DNA from: Fimbriosthenelais zetlandica
Lineage: Eukaryota
NCBI GenBank assembly: GCA_977030845.1
Contig: OZ365110.1
Coordinates: 30,070,001 to 30,134,000 of the forward strand
Direction: 5' to 3'
DNA: 64,000 nucleotides
Below are positions 49,369-63,183 of this stretch, one piece after another. The notes under the pieces were generated by a model. The model had not been told where the DNA came from, did not search any database, and saw nothing but the letters and a program-made list of their open reading frames with translations. Position 1 is the stretch's first letter, and each line of letters starts with the position of its first letter. The translations under genes were made by a program, and so were the position numbers.

Positions 49369-50235
49369 TTTATACTACAACCGTCCAATTTAGCCAGAAC
49401 CGCCCAGGAGAAGGCTAAATCACAATGTATATAATTATTTAGCCCCCGGATCCCTCCCTGGCCCCCAACCTCCACCACAACCCCCATGTCTACATCCAGC
49501 ACTCCCACCAACTCCCTCCAAATACACCAGCCCGATTTGAAACGGCTAACATGTCAAAATCCCTTGGAATAGCCCACTGTGTAGGTACTGTCCATAGGCG
49601 CCAATGTTAAAAATTATTTAGCCCCCCGTATCCCTCCCTGGCCCCCAACCTCCACCACAACCCCCATGTCTACATCCAGCACTCCCACCAACTCCCTCCA
49701 AATACACCAGCCCGATTTGAAACGGCTAACATGTCAAAATCCCTTGGAATAGCCCACTGTGTAGGTACTGTCCATAGGCGCCAATGTTAAAAATTATTTA
49801 GCCCCCCGGACCCCTCCCCGGCCCCCAACCTCTACCCCAACCTCCATGTCTACCCGTAGTACCCACCCCAACATTCTCCCAAAAATTCAGCCCGATCCTA
49901 TGCTTCTAACCTGTCTAAATCCACTGGATTCTACAAAAGTGTCCCGCCCATAGGCTCAATGTTAAAAATCACTCACGATTACATGGATGAGTGCTACAGA
50001 GCCGGTTTGTCAGTCCACTCAAATCGGCTTTTCTCTACCTAATACATATTATTTTCACTCAAGTCCACGGTTATGTATAACTTATGACCTCTACTGATAA
50101 ACCCCAAAAGAGCCGAGACGAAAAACCAGGAAATCCCCGATTTCTGCGAAGTTGACAAATCGGCCCTGCGTATACAGGCCTATAATTTGGCCTTTTAAAA
50201 ACCTTAACAGCGCCCTCTCACTAAAAGTCGACAAA

Positions 50236-51035
50236 GTTGAATAACTTTGTAAATAATGGGTCTAAAATTACAATTCAAACGGATTATTCTTAGTTGGAAG
50301 CACCTCCAGGTATCTATGTGTTTTTTGTGCAACTAAAATTAATTTAAAATTTCGATTTTTGAAAATGTTGCCAATTTGAGGTCTTAGCATTGGACTCTAT
50401 GGAAGGAGCAGCCTGCGCGACTGAAGCGACCCGAGATTGACGCGGCAGAAAGGTGAACTATTCTACTATGATCTACCCAACGCACCGAGAAGGGAGTAGA
50501 GAGCTTTGACTAGATCATATGACTGTAGTTCGCCGTTTCGCCGCTGTATAGGCCTATCTAGGGAGAGAACGTTCAGGACTCCTAGCCTTTCCTATAGCCT
50601 ACATGCACAAGGCCTACCATTTCCCATGTAATAAGGCCCATGCTCGGCGTCCATTCTAGGCCTACCATTTCCCATGTATGCCTACATATCACAAGGCCTA
50701 TATACCCTTGCTAGGCGTTCCTTCACTATTTCCCATACATATCACAAGCCCTATGCACAAGTTGCTGGGGGTTCCTTGTCTTTCATTCAGGCTATGCTGG
50801 CTGGCGCATAGTAGTTCCCGTTTCCGCCGCTAGGATATCTCGGGTCGCCACTGGCGATAAGGCGTCTCCTTCCATTGATTCCAATGCTAATTGAAGAAAT
50901 TCAGTCCATTTTCAAAATCCGAAATTTTAAATCAATTTTCTCGCTTCAAAAACCTGGCCACTGTTTAGAATACTTCCCAACTAAGAATAATCCGTTTAGT
51001 TTGTATTTTTAGACCCCTCTATTGCGGAGATATTT
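50236..51035. mobile_element. Diverged foldback/MITE with ~235-bp inverted arms
   Basis: Left arm gggtctaaaa..aaacggattattcttagttgg..ttagcattgga..tggaaggag..gcgacccgagat pairs with right arm atctcgggtcgc..ctccttcca..tccaatgctaa..ccaactaagaataatccgttt..ttttagaccc. The exact ends and TSD are not resolvable. Confidence 0.7.
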
Positions 51036-51547
51036 GACTTTCTAGAAATCGAGCTGCAAAGGATCATGGGAGGAGGCAATGTTGGAGAGAAAAATGGCCA
51101 GAAATAGCCTCAAGTTTTTCAACGCTTCAGTGGTCACAGGGCTTCAAGAGGCCACTGGCGGGAGTTTCGCAGAGCCAGATTGAGGGGCACTGAAGGGGTG
51201 TGGCCTTGGATGCAGAGAAAGGAGAGCGCGCCAAGAACGAAGAGGACAGAGAAGAGAAAGAAAGGTGGAAGGAGATTTCCTATAGTAGACGCGTCTGATA
51301 CTCTATGAATTCCCTATGGTAGACGCGTCTGTTACCCTACATATATATAATATAGGTTTGACAAGTAGCCTACCTGATTCGAACACCAGCGGTTTAGACC
51401 TCAGATGGCTAGTAGGTACCTGATATCACAAGGTCTATACCCGGGCTGGGCATTCCTCCTACCATTTCTCATACTTATCACAAGACCTAAAATGATAAAG
51501 AAAAAATAGCTCCCCTCGGCAAATCAATACTTCCAAGCCGAATAAAT

Positions 51548-51643
51548 AATTATGTAGCGAGCAGAAAAATGACTGATAAGACAGGGAACCGAACCCGGTC
51601 TCTGACGTTCCAGGCCAGCGTCTTGCCTCTAGACTACGAGGTG
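51548..51643 (-). mobile_element. tRNA-derived (SINE-like) head, copy 2
   Basis: Minus strand CTCGTAGTCTAGAGGCAAGACGCTGGCCTGGAACGTCAGAGACCGGGTTCGGTTCC, followed by the same TTTTCTGCTCGCTACATAATT body as copy 1. Confidence 0.58.
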
Positions 51644-54257
51644 TTTATACTACAATCGTCCAATTTAGCCAGAACCAATGTATATAATTATTTAGCCCCC
51701 GGATCCCTCCCTGGCCCCCAACCTCCACCACAACCCCCATGTCTACATCCAGCACTCCCACCAACTCCCTCCAAATACACCAGCCCGATTTGAAACGGCT
51801 AACATGTCAAAATCCCTTGGAATAGCCCATGTATAGGCTCAATGTTAAAAATCACTCACGATTACATGGATGTGTGCTACAGAGCCGGTTTGCCAGTCCA
51901 CTCAAATCGGCTTTTCTCTACCTAATACATATTATTTTCACTCAAGTCCACGGTTATGTATAACTTATGACCTCTACTGATAAACCCCAAAAGAGCCGAG
52001 ACGAAAAACCAGGAAATCCCCGATTTCTGCGAAGTTGACAAATCGGCCCTGCGTATACAGGCCTATAATTTGGCCTTTTAAAAACCTTAAACCTTAGCCT
52101 ACCCAACGCACCGAGAAGGGAGGAGAGAGCTTTGACTAGATCATAATACTGTAGTTCGTCCTAACATTTCCTATACATATCACAAGGCCTACCATTTCCC
52201 ATGACATTGTAATATACATTCCCTATGGTAGACGCGTCTGATACTCTATATATATGGGTTTGACAAGTACCTGATTCGAAAACCAAGGGTTTAGACCTCA
52301 GATGGCTGGTAGGTACCCGATATCACAATGCCGATACCCGGGCTGGGCATTCCTCCTATACCATTTCCCATATATACCACAAGGCCTAAAATGATTTTTA
52401 AAAAATAGCTCCCTCGGCAACTCAATAATGCCAAGCCTAATAAATAATTATGTAGCGAGCAGAAAAATGGGCGGGAGGTTTGCAAATCCTGTTAGGCACT
52501 GAAGGGGCGGATTGGGAGGGTCTTTGTATGATTATCCTATATATACGCCCGCCATTTTTTCCTTTGTTCTTTCCGGAGGTTTACCTCCATATTCTCCTCC
52601 CTCGCCTCTCGCCTCAAATCGCGGAGGTTTATTTTCATAATCCTCTGGAGGAGATATATTGAATTTGAAATGGAAAAATCTTGACTTGGGTGGGTTTCGA
52701 ACTGACATTGGTGTGACCCTCTAAATAGGAGTCCATTCGGCCACTGAATCTTCTATGATTGAGATGTGTCTGAGCAGTAGAATAAGCTCGAAAGCCTCCG
52801 AGGTTGGTGGTGGTTATGCATAACCTGCATAACCTCCCCAACCTCGATCTGGCCTTAGAAGTGTAGGATCTGGCTTAAGCTGTTTCCATTGGCGAATCCC
52901 CTTGATTTTGGTGGGATTTGGGATATGGGGCGGGTAGTATGTGTAATAAAAGCCAAAATTGCTTCTAAAAATTAAGATTTTCACAAATAATGATGCATTT
53001 TCAAGGTTTCTACTCCGAACACACGGTTTCCAGTTCAAAGCCCGGTGAAGGCTCTGGGAAAAGCGTAGTCCAGGCACAGTGGCGCCCTCAGGTGGTGGGC
53101 GAAGGTGGGTCTATATGTCCAGCAAATACGTCCATGGAAAATTTAGCATTGGGGTATTTCCATATCAATTCATTATATTTTCAGAAAAATCCCTGCATGA
53201 CCCCCTGCATGACAAACGCTTGCCAAATTAGGGTATAGACCCACTGGTCCCTCCGTTTCACAATGAAATATATGTAAATGTTTATATAGAAATGACGATT
53301 TTCTTAAATCCCTATAGATATTTAGAAAAGTTCTTTATTTAAAATATAATTACAAATGCAGCTTATAATTTATTATTTATTACAATATGTATCAGTTAGA
53401 TTCGGAACATTTACGATATAATTACCTAATTATAATTATGTTTCGGCGAGAACTCTTTTTTATCTCACCTACATCAGGCATTGTTCCATTTGAATTAAAG
53501 TTTGTATCTTGTTCAAACAAAAATTATATTTCTCTATGCATTAAGTAGAATTTCAATAATTAAATTTAGAATTGGTTTCGACAATTACTTGCTAAAAGAT
53601 GCTATACAACTTTAAAAACGATACTAATGTTTACAAGCAAACAACATCCACGAACAAGAATTGTAGTCTACATAAATTAAGCTGACAGAATACAATTTTT
53701 TATAATAATTATTCAATGTAGGCCTATGGTATTCAATTTCAAAAGGTAGGCCTACAACAATTATTGTTTACATGATTGAATGTTTACAAAATTACGCATA
53801 CCACCAATATTGTATTCACAAATATTAAATTCACGAAATTCGATACCGGTACAATAAAAATATATACAAATACAATAAAGTATAATAAAGTATAGCCTAA
53901 GTATTATTCTTCACTGAGGAATATATTATAATAAAAATATATAATTATTTACAATACTTTTACTAAAAGGACTTACAAATGATATTGCACAAATTCTACA
54001 AGTTTTTTCTTTAGTGTTTTCTCAACGATTCCTTCGCTTTCCTGTACCTTTGAATTAAAAACCATGAATCCAGGTAAATAAATTAAGTACCAATCAGAAT
54101 ATCACTAAACCACCTGTTACGACCGCTTATTATATTAGCACCAGAAAGGCGAGGAAAGGTATGCCCATGTTAATTAGTTTTAACTATTACATAGACATGC
54201 AACATAACAAACGAAGACAGTACCATATGATCATTCATAAAATTATACCTTTAGGAA

Positions 54258-57200
54258 TCATTGCGGTAGTAGTGTAGAAAGTCTGACTTGGCCATCCATG
54301 GCACCAGACAGACAGACATGGCAGTCCTGGGAAGAGGACCAATCAACACAAACTACCGGCGTTTTATGTCCTCCTAGGGTTAACATCCGTGTCAGACTAC
54401 CACTCTCAGATAACTGGAAGAATATGTACGTAACCAATATCACAATTTATTGACGGCCACAAAATAAAGCTTAAGTCCGATCTGGGGTGCGATTTCATGA
54501 TCTTAACGGTCTTATCAGATCAAATTTAAGTAAGATTAAAAATCGACATAATGTGTATGAAGATAAGATCATGATCGGGATGATTCTCCCATAGATCTAT
54601 GCATGTCAGATCTGATGCGATTTGGAGCAAATCTTGCATGTCATATTTTAATTTGATCAGATCATAAATCGGTATAGTGTAGAACGCGCTTTAATCATGA
54701 TCTTTAAAATTTGGGCCAGTTCGTCCCTGAGACGAACAGCCTTATTCTTCGTATTTAAACATTTAAAACTTAAAATACCATACTGAATATTGCTTCATTA
54801 CAATAGCAATTTTCTGGGAGGACAACTCACCTTATAAATGAGTCCGTTATTTTGCGAGCAGGTGAGAACATGATCACCTGTAAAGTCCAAGGAGAAAAGT
54901 TTGCCTTTTGGTGTCTGTACCTGTCTGTAACCCGCAGCACCAGTTAGAACAAACGGTCCACAGGCACCCGGATGAACACCCAGATCAGCCATCTTAGCTC
55001 CCCGCTTACGTAAACTCCACTTCATGAACTGAAAGAAAACGAGTACTCGAATATCTGATTACGGGGTTGGGAAGCGGGGCACACATGCCGATTTATGCTA
55101 GTTTGATGTCGGCCATCGACCATCTGAGCATCTCAATTGCATTTTGGACTTCATGAAATGAAGAACGTTTCCCCCTCATTCCTGGACAGAAATACAATAA
55201 ATGACCTTTATCTCTATGCTTTTTCACATTTTCACTTCTGAGGGTCTAAACAAAGGATTGCAAACACATTAAAACTATGTATTAAGTATTTTCGACTATT
55301 TTCTAAATATCCTACCTTTCCCTTGACTTTTTAAAAACAATTTTTAACCAAATTATGTATTTCTCCGTACTACAGTGGCAGTTTTCAAAATCTAGATTAA
55401 AAATCAAATTAAAGCTTTTTGCTGGGAAGGTGATATGGGCTGCTGTTACTGACACTAACAGAAGAAATATACATGGTACATAAAAGTTTTTCAACGCACC
55501 TTGCCATCAGCGCCCATACTGTAACAAGCCATCTCATCTGGACTAAAGTGAGCAGTATACACATCGCCTGTATGGGCCACCCAACTAGCTACACTCTCAC
55601 TCTTTCTTACATCTGAGGAAATAAAATTGAAGATGTTTAATTAAATACCTCGTGTACTTCATGTGAAACATTCCAACACCATGAACTTAAACTACTGAAC
55701 ATTTATGTAAGATATTCAGATGAATACATTTGCATGATTACAGTTTTTTCAAGTATAAAATGTGTGGTATTCTATTGATAGTATATGCATTAGGTCTATT
55801 TAAAGGGATCTGAAAAATTAGGTTATTTTCGTAGGTAGTTCTGACATTTAGCCTAAATTAGGCATTTAAGTTTATAGCAGTATTTTTTTTTATATTTCCG
55901 CTCTGAGGCCTGAATTATCCCATTAATATCAGAAAGGTACCCTACCGTAGAGCCTGATCACTCCATCAGCTGCACCAGTGAGGACCAGATTACCAGAGCT
56001 GTTGTGACAAGCATAGGACACTGCTGTAGGATTAGGTAACACCTGTAAATTATGCTGAAACACAAGAGAATTGAAGGGTTTTTTCATGCTAATAATAATA
56101 ATAAATTTTAAAGACAACATGCTTACAAGACCCTGATGAAGGATGTCTTATCTAATGCAATCTAACCTTAAGTTTCATAAGACTGAGATCCCAGATACTG
56201 AGTTTGCCTCCCCCTCGTCCTCTCACAGCCGCCGAAACAACGAAGGAAGAGCCGCTCGGGTTACTGGACAAAGCTACAATTCTGAAATGAACAAGTTATT
56301 GCAGAAATTATGGCGCGCTTATCCCTACATCTGAGTGTGGGGAGAGGGGGGACATTAGACTGATAATGGGGCCATTGCATAAGTTACGATCTTATCTTAT
56401 CTTTAAGATCTTATCTTAAAGGTCTCGTAGCCAATGGAAATCCAATGTGGGACGAGACCTTTAAGATAAGATTTTAAAGATAAGATAAGATACGAAATTA
56501 TGCAATGGGGGTAATCTCTACTAATCACTACCCCCCCCCCCCCCCCACCCCCGCTTCTTCCCACCATCCAGCCTGTCATCTGCGTGGCTGTGGGTATGGG
56601 GTGGTGGGGGGCTGTACAAGAATGCATACGTCCATCATAAAATATGAACTGTGAAAGATCACCTGAATAGCTGGTTCAAACTACATGTATGAAGATATGT
56701 GAGCCTTACCTGGGAAAGTTGGGATCAACGGTGGCTTCCTTCAGTGTCTTTTTATCTTTGACATCAAACAATCTCACGTTACCAGCCTTGTTACCCAGTA
56801 ACAACTGGAAGATAGAACAATGTAAAAAATTATTTAGACTATAATTATATTTCTTTCTATAATTATATAACTTCAAGCCTTTATGCGAACACCAAACCAA
56901 GGAAGATTTCCACCCAACAATAAAGACGGAAGAGTTGGAAAGAAAAGAAAAGCCATGCAGAAGGATATTATAAAATTATCATTGGCAAAGGGTGTGATAG
57001 AAGGGAAATGAAAAGCTCACCAATCGATCCTTTGGACCTGCCCACTCCAAAGACAGCAGCATGGATTTCGACATTACAGTTGCCAAGGTAACAGGCGATG
57101 GTTGTAAACCCCAGACTCTGTAGGAATTAGTCAAGTTAGTCAACAATAGAGTTAAAAACGAAAGTTTTGATATTAAACACGTAGGCCTACTTACTTGACA

Positions 57201-60200
57201 ACCCCATCAACATCAGAAGTGGCTACAGTATGCCCTGACTGAGAGAAACAGCACTGAATTATAGAGGATCTGTGTTCTTTATAATCTTCTTGGCTCAACA
57301 ACAGCAACCCTCCACCATCTGAAACGAACGTCATTTCTTGAGTATCTGGTGAACTTAGATCAATCAAAAGCTTTCAAAACATTCAAAATGTATTTCACAA
57401 TGACCTTTTTTCCAATAGATGAACCTCGATCCAACTGAGATTGTTTCCCATATTTCCAAACAAAATCAATAGTACTGTAGGCTAAGTCTACCTGGAATAT
57501 CAGCAGACACAGCCGTGGCATGTGGAGGCACTGCCGGTGATGGAACAAATGAGGTGGGCATGCACTCGACGGATTTTGAGGCTGCCAATTCGTCCTTGTC
57601 TGATTTTGCGGGAACTTCTACCGTGGTTTTATTCCTCATAACGACCTGTGAGCTTGCCTGGAGAATAAAGGCGAAATATTATATACATATTAAAGACATT
57701 GACTCAGAGAAAGGCAGACCAGTGAATAGTGATTGTTGATGTCCCAATCCATAATCAAATAAACCTTTAGGACGAACCCAGTTTAATGTATTTAAACTTA
57801 CTCATTTTATTTATCAACTTTTCATCATTGATTGCAAAGTTTCGCAGGATAGTGTATTGCATTGGTTTGAAATAAATTGCATTGGGAAAAAAACATATCC
57901 AGGATTGCTTTCATGTTTGTTAGGTTCGATCAGTCAGTGAAAAACATCAAGCATCAGAGTGTGATCCACTCCTGTGGAAAAATTTGGAATTATGTGCGAA
58001 CTAGCGAATGAATACCGAAGCATTCCTGCATAGGTATTTAAACCAATTACTAGCAATACTCAATTTGATAGCCACAAACCGTGACAAATGTAGCACATGG
58101 AGTGGTACAACAATTCATATCCTTATTATTGAACATTTCCAACTATTAAGCAATGCTTAAGTACTTCGCTCACTTGAAATAGATGGAGTAAACTTATTCA
58201 AAATTCTGGAAAGTTATTTCGGATTCGGGGGAGGTCTATGAGCTTGATATTAATACTATGACATGCACATAAAACAATATTAATTTATGTTTAATGTATC
58301 GTTGAATCTCCTTGATTATTGACTACTGATGAAAATACCTTTATCTGTAATATTCTAATTTGTAATGAAGTCATTGAAGAAATAATGACATCGACTCCAT
58401 ATAATGGAATATTAGGTTTATTTGCTATAACCCATTCCAGGTTCAACAATACATTAACATAAGTCTCAGCTAACAAATTTATGTGTGCGAGATCCACACT
58501 AATAAGAACTCTCAAAACAAGTCAAAGGGAAGCAACTAATATTTTACTCTCGTGATTCTCTCTATGGGAAATTCCGTTATTGTATAGAGCCCTTTAATTT
58601 AAAAAAGTAATAGATTTAAGAAACGTCATTTTTATAACAACACCCAAGTCATAAATCAGAATAGAAAAATATTATTCCTAATTCTAAATCCCTTAGGTTT
58701 GGAATCACTAGAGTAAAGGCCTGGAGAAAAGAGAGATTTCGTTACAAGAAAATTCAAATTATTTCTAGAAAAAAGAACTCATTCTGCAACAGTTATATTC
58801 CATGGACATGGTTAGAAAAAACTGCGAACTTGAACTTTGTGGTTCCTGCCGGGTTAATAGTCGCTAGAATATGTTATAATGAACAAACATTGTGGTGTTA
58901 GATATGAGGTTATTAGGATATAAGCAAGAATATCGGCTCTCTCAACATCGCAGCCATGAAATGCTTATTGAAGTTTTTCTAATAAAAAATTGCTTAACCT
59001 TGTGCTGAATAACAATTTTGCAGCAATGCTGCAACATTAAATATTACAAAATATTTAGCTTGTTGTTTTCAAAAAAATTGTCGTGAAAGACCAAGAATAA
59101 TAGTTATATCAGGACAAGGCGAGTAACCCAGTGGCTGGCCAGTTACAAAAAAGATAAGGATCATAAGCTCAAAGTGCTACAAAACTTCTGTACTTGGGCA
59201 GCCTACAGTAACAACACGAATAATCATGACAAGGAAACAAGCTAATAATTATGACTAGATCAAGGTAATAGGTAAATATTTTTTGGCAACCATTATAACG
59301 TTATTCATTTAATTTTATAAACAATAATAATACATGTATAAGTGATTTTATATAACACGCCATCCACTTCCAATATAATCCCATCAGATTTTGATTATTT
59401 AGGACAGGGTGTAAAATTCCGTTTAGATATCCTAATCTAAATGGAGGAAGCTTATAGGGACATTTTCATGAAATATTTCTCATTTTTGAGGCTCCATTTC
59501 AGATTCTTAATTTTCAGGCTTCCTTCAATCTTAGTAAACCGTATAATTCTATAATTTATGAGTATCAAAGTGAGAAGCTGTGAAAGCTTAATATGTAGGG
59601 AATAATGGTTCAATTTAAATATCAAATTGTGTATGGAAACTAATATTGAACGTGCTGAAAAAGTTGACATAATTTCTAATGGGATTACGACACCCTAATG
59701 TGAAAGAAATGCCTTAACACAAGTCCAAAAATATTGTTTACCTCAATGATGCTATCCATTATTTCCTAAATAATTCAAAATTAAACAAGCGATGTATCAT
59801 AAAAGAGAAAATCTACAAGAAATATTCTGCAGAAAAGTACGTTACATAAGAATGCAAAATGAGATTTTTTACTGTCATTACAGACAGAATAGAGGCGCTA
59901 AACAGATATTGGGGTCATGCATTGTTTAGGCCTCATTGACAGGTCAATAAGCAATGCATGCTTAGGCCGGGGAATAATATTTAAATTATAATGTTGTTTC
60001 CAAATCCTACCAGGGTCTAAAAAGTAACTGAATTCACCGAATGACTATCGTCTAATAATCTATTGTATCTCCCACTTTCAAAGTGAAACTCTAAATTTGG
60101 TTTCAGAAAGGAAATGGATACAACATTGTTTCTATCGGCCTTCAAATTTGTCATTATATATATACATACAATACATCAGCAAAATAAGACATAGCTACCA

Positions 60201-63183
60201 GATGCACATGCAAATGGTTCCTAATCAGAATAAATTAGGTAATATAGATATCATAGATCGGTAGGGAAATAAAAGTGAAGCAACAAGTCTGGTTTAGTAA
60301 CGCAGGAGGAAGGATCCATACATGTGTTAATAGGAGATTCCAAGACCATACCTAGCAGGAGGTCAGTGACGGTAGCCTACCTTCTCTTTCACCTTGGACT
60401 GGGAGCTGCCTTCTGATCTTTGACCTTTGTCCGTTTCGTTGCCTTGGAGATTAGGATTGCCCGCGTTTCCCGGAGGTGCCACCGCGGAGGCTGTAGAAGG
60501 ACCAGGCGTGGATTTACCCTTTACTTTAGCAGTTAAACCCTCCTTGGCTTTGACTCTGGGTTGACTTTGCTCCTCTTTGCCGACGGTGGGTTTTTTCCCA
60601 GTAGGAACAGGGGCAACATTGGTCTTCTTACTAACTATTGGTGAAGAAGGTAAACCAATGTTCTTTATAAAGGAACGTATTTGGTTGGTCTTGGGTTCTG
60701 GGTGTTCCTCTAATGTTGTGTCCCTAAAGTTAAAACAATATTTTATATTTAACTACTAGCCGCCATGTCATTTGCTTTTTAATTCTGCGAGTCTAATACA
60801 ATAAATAAGTGATATTACTTTTACAATTTAGGAAATGAAGTAAGCGATTTTACTAACTTACTGTGAAATGACAAAGAAGTCATCCATAAGGTCCATGGAG
60901 AGTGGTCCTCCTCCCCCTCCTCCACCATGGTTATTACCATTCTCAATGACCTCCACTTGCCGCAGCAGGAGTTCCATGTCCCGCCGTTCCAGCGCCTTGC
61001 CCAGCTGTTTCCGGTAGAGATTATTTTCTTCTTGGAGGCGCGTCAAACGCCGAGCATCTTCCTCAAAATTCAACAAGGCTGGCACTGGTGCTCAAGGTTA
61101 AGGACAGTAGTCATTGATTTTACTACTTCAGATCTCACGGATTATTGAATAATAATAATACCGGACTTATATAGCGCCCTTTTCATGTAAAGAAAACCTG
61201 CTCAAAGGCGCTTTACATAGAATAAATGATAAAACATGTAAAAGTTTATAAAATAAGGTTCCGGTAATGCTATTCTCAGACCAAATGATTAATTTATTCT
61301 TAGTAACACTATTATTCAGGTTCAAGGCGTGGTTCCATTGAAAGTCTATGGAGTTTTACCAGTTTTTCTCTTAAAAATAATGATTATGATAAAAGGATAT
61401 GCATGCTCTGGAATATAACGCTGAAGAAGTTGTGGAGGGAAACGAGGAATGTTTCCTGCCATTGTCGAGTAAAATAGACAGCAAACGTGTTACTCTCTTC
61501 TGGCGTACGGATGAAAGGCAGGACTAAAAAATAAACAATTTCCAACAATTTTACTTCTGAAGTTTGCATCTAGGTGACCTTTTAATACGGTACATAATTA
61601 TAGATATTTTGTATTGAAGAGAAATCATGGTTCCCCTGGAGGCATACCGGGTACCGGTATGTTATTCCATGGTTAGCCCTCAGAATGAGGCGTATTTTCC
61701 ATACTTTCTGCCAGAAGACGGCCGCTTTTGCGACTGTCACTATGGCGTCATATTTCGATAATTTCTTTTTTAAAAAGGGACCATGGAATAAAACCAAAAC
61801 TTCAGGGATGGTGGTGAAGTCGATGAAAATACCAGGCGCCCACTGGCTACGCCAGTTCGGGCAGTATTTTCATCTCGTTCACCCCCATCCCTGAAGTTTT
61901 GTTATATTAGTTTGGGATTCATACAAAAAATATTTTAAGAAGTTCAAGGCGCAAAAATGTCATACCAAACCACTCTTTCCACTCCGACTGGTGCTGTAGT
62001 TCTGAAGCCATCTTCTCAAAGAATTCGTTCACTTTATCAGAGCGGCCACTTTGGACAGCATTCACCACGTAGAATTTTAGGAGGCTAACCTCCAGTTTTC
62101 TGACACTACTGGCATACACCTGCTCCAGCCGACTGGCAATAAAATACAAACATGGGAGAATTATCTCATATACGCAGTACGGTAAGCCTACTCGATTTAG
62201 GCGACTTTACTTTTTTGATGGAAAATAATTTCAGTTTAACAACATAATTATAGGACGAATTCAGGCTTCAGATAAAAAAAAAGAATGTGTAGAAATCTAA
62301 ATCATCGGAAAACACAAAGGTTGTCCTAATCAGAATTGAGGCATAAGAATGCTTTAGTGTAGAATATAGAATATAAAAGCCTATAGATCTCACCTGAACA
62401 CTCGCTGATCCAGGTAGCTCCAGTAATCCCGCAGGCCGGTCAGCTCATAATTACTCACATAAGACTGAAGCTGGTCGACCACTCTGTCTACCTGAAAAAC
62501 CAATCCCCAAAGCATCAAAGTGGGAGCATATTGAAAAGACCCAAAGGTAGGTAGGGCCTAGGCCCTATACTGGGCTATAGTCCCTAGCTAACGACGTTAG
62601 AGATCTATTATACTACTACTTAGGCCCTATACCGGTACCCCGCCCCCTATCAATATCATGCCCTAATTAATATCCACTCTACTCCTTGAAAAATCCATAA
62701 GAATTTCCACAATAGTAGATCAAATATATAGTAATCATGATCACTATTGATGTTACTGTAATCTAGTATCAGGGTCCAGGGAGTATAAAGTATAGGCCTA
62801 GGCTATAGTATAGCATACCATAGCATAACCTAAACCATAGGCATAGGCATATAGCCTGTATAGGCCTACTACAGATACGCCTACAACCTATGCTACAACC
62901 AAGGATAGTAGAGTTACTGTAAATAGAGTACCGGTATCCTTGCTACAACTGACAGTCAGTGACAGAGAAGGAGGTGAGGGCCCATCGCGTAACAGTACGG
63001 GCCTACTTAGCGGCCATGTGCCCATGTTCCTAGCCTCCAAACTATTCTATATTATGTACTTACCCTGAACCCTTTGTCTTTCTCATTTTTTAGCTCGATT
63101 TCCAGCGATCTCAACGTTGCATTAAGTCCACGAAATAATAAATAATCTTTGACCATCTCGTCCATTCGCTCAATCGCCGCCAT
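54258..63183 (-). CDS. WDR91: WD repeat-containing protein 91 (Rab7 effector, endosomal PI3K regulator); exons 63183-63064, 62491-62394, 62132-61966, 61523-61401, 61087-60862, 60723-60381, 57657-57492, 57318-57195, 57117-57021, ~56804-56710, 56281-56167, 56054-55946, 55612-55500, 55028-54831, 54413-54258
   Basis: N-terminus [48 protein letters not shown]...[17 protein letters not shown], then [33 protein letters not shown] repeats include [24 protein letters not shown] and [13 protein letters not shown]. The whole sequence is colinear with vertebrate WDR91 as I recall it. Confidence 0.93.
56372..56508. mobile_element. Small hairpin MITE in a WDR91 intron
   Basis: 57-bp inverted arms (CCATTGCATAA..(ATCTT)n..AAAGGTCTCGT / ACGAGACCTTT..(AAGAT)n..TTATGCAATGG) surround a 23-bp spacer. 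Confidence 0.7.
61088..61400 (-). other. U12-type (minor spliceosome) AT-AC intron in WDR91
   Basis: 5' splice site ATATCCTTTT (61400-61391), branch site TCCTTAAC (61104-61097), 3' splice site ...GAGCAC| (61088). Splicing restores the frame [11 protein letters not shown]. Confidence 0.93.
61148..61217 (-). repeat. 3' tail fragment of a LINE (L2/CR1/Rex1-type) or derived SINE
   Basis: Minus strand TGTAAAGCGCCTTTGAG...GGGCGCTATATAAG...(TAT)n is a stem-loop plus trinucleotide tail of the kind seen at L2/Rex1-type 3' ends. Confidence 0.55.

Larger units (their letters stand above)
48890..53240. repeat. Nested repeat complex: ~180-bp tandem units, duplicated blocks, tRNA-derived heads and a diverged foldback element
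   Basis: ~180-bp units at about 49440, 49620 and 49800, plus a copy at about 51690. Block 49965-50210 is duplicated at 51845-52089 and block 51310-51570 at 52219-52468. A ~124-bp duplication lies at 48896/49020. Confidence 0.8.

Noticed and set aside
49272-51643. Possible genuine tRNA genes
   Set aside because: The B-box is present, but acceptor and anticodon stems do not pair and the copies share a non-tRNA body, so they are treated as SINE-like.
48900-52500. CRISPR-like array
   Set aside because: Eukaryotic context, and the repeats are long tandem units without unique spacers.
53078-53097. CTCF-like motif GGCGCCCTCAGGTGG (and CAGCGCCCTCT at about 50209)
   Set aside because: Mismatch at a conserved core position and embedded in repeats; not supportable without binding data.
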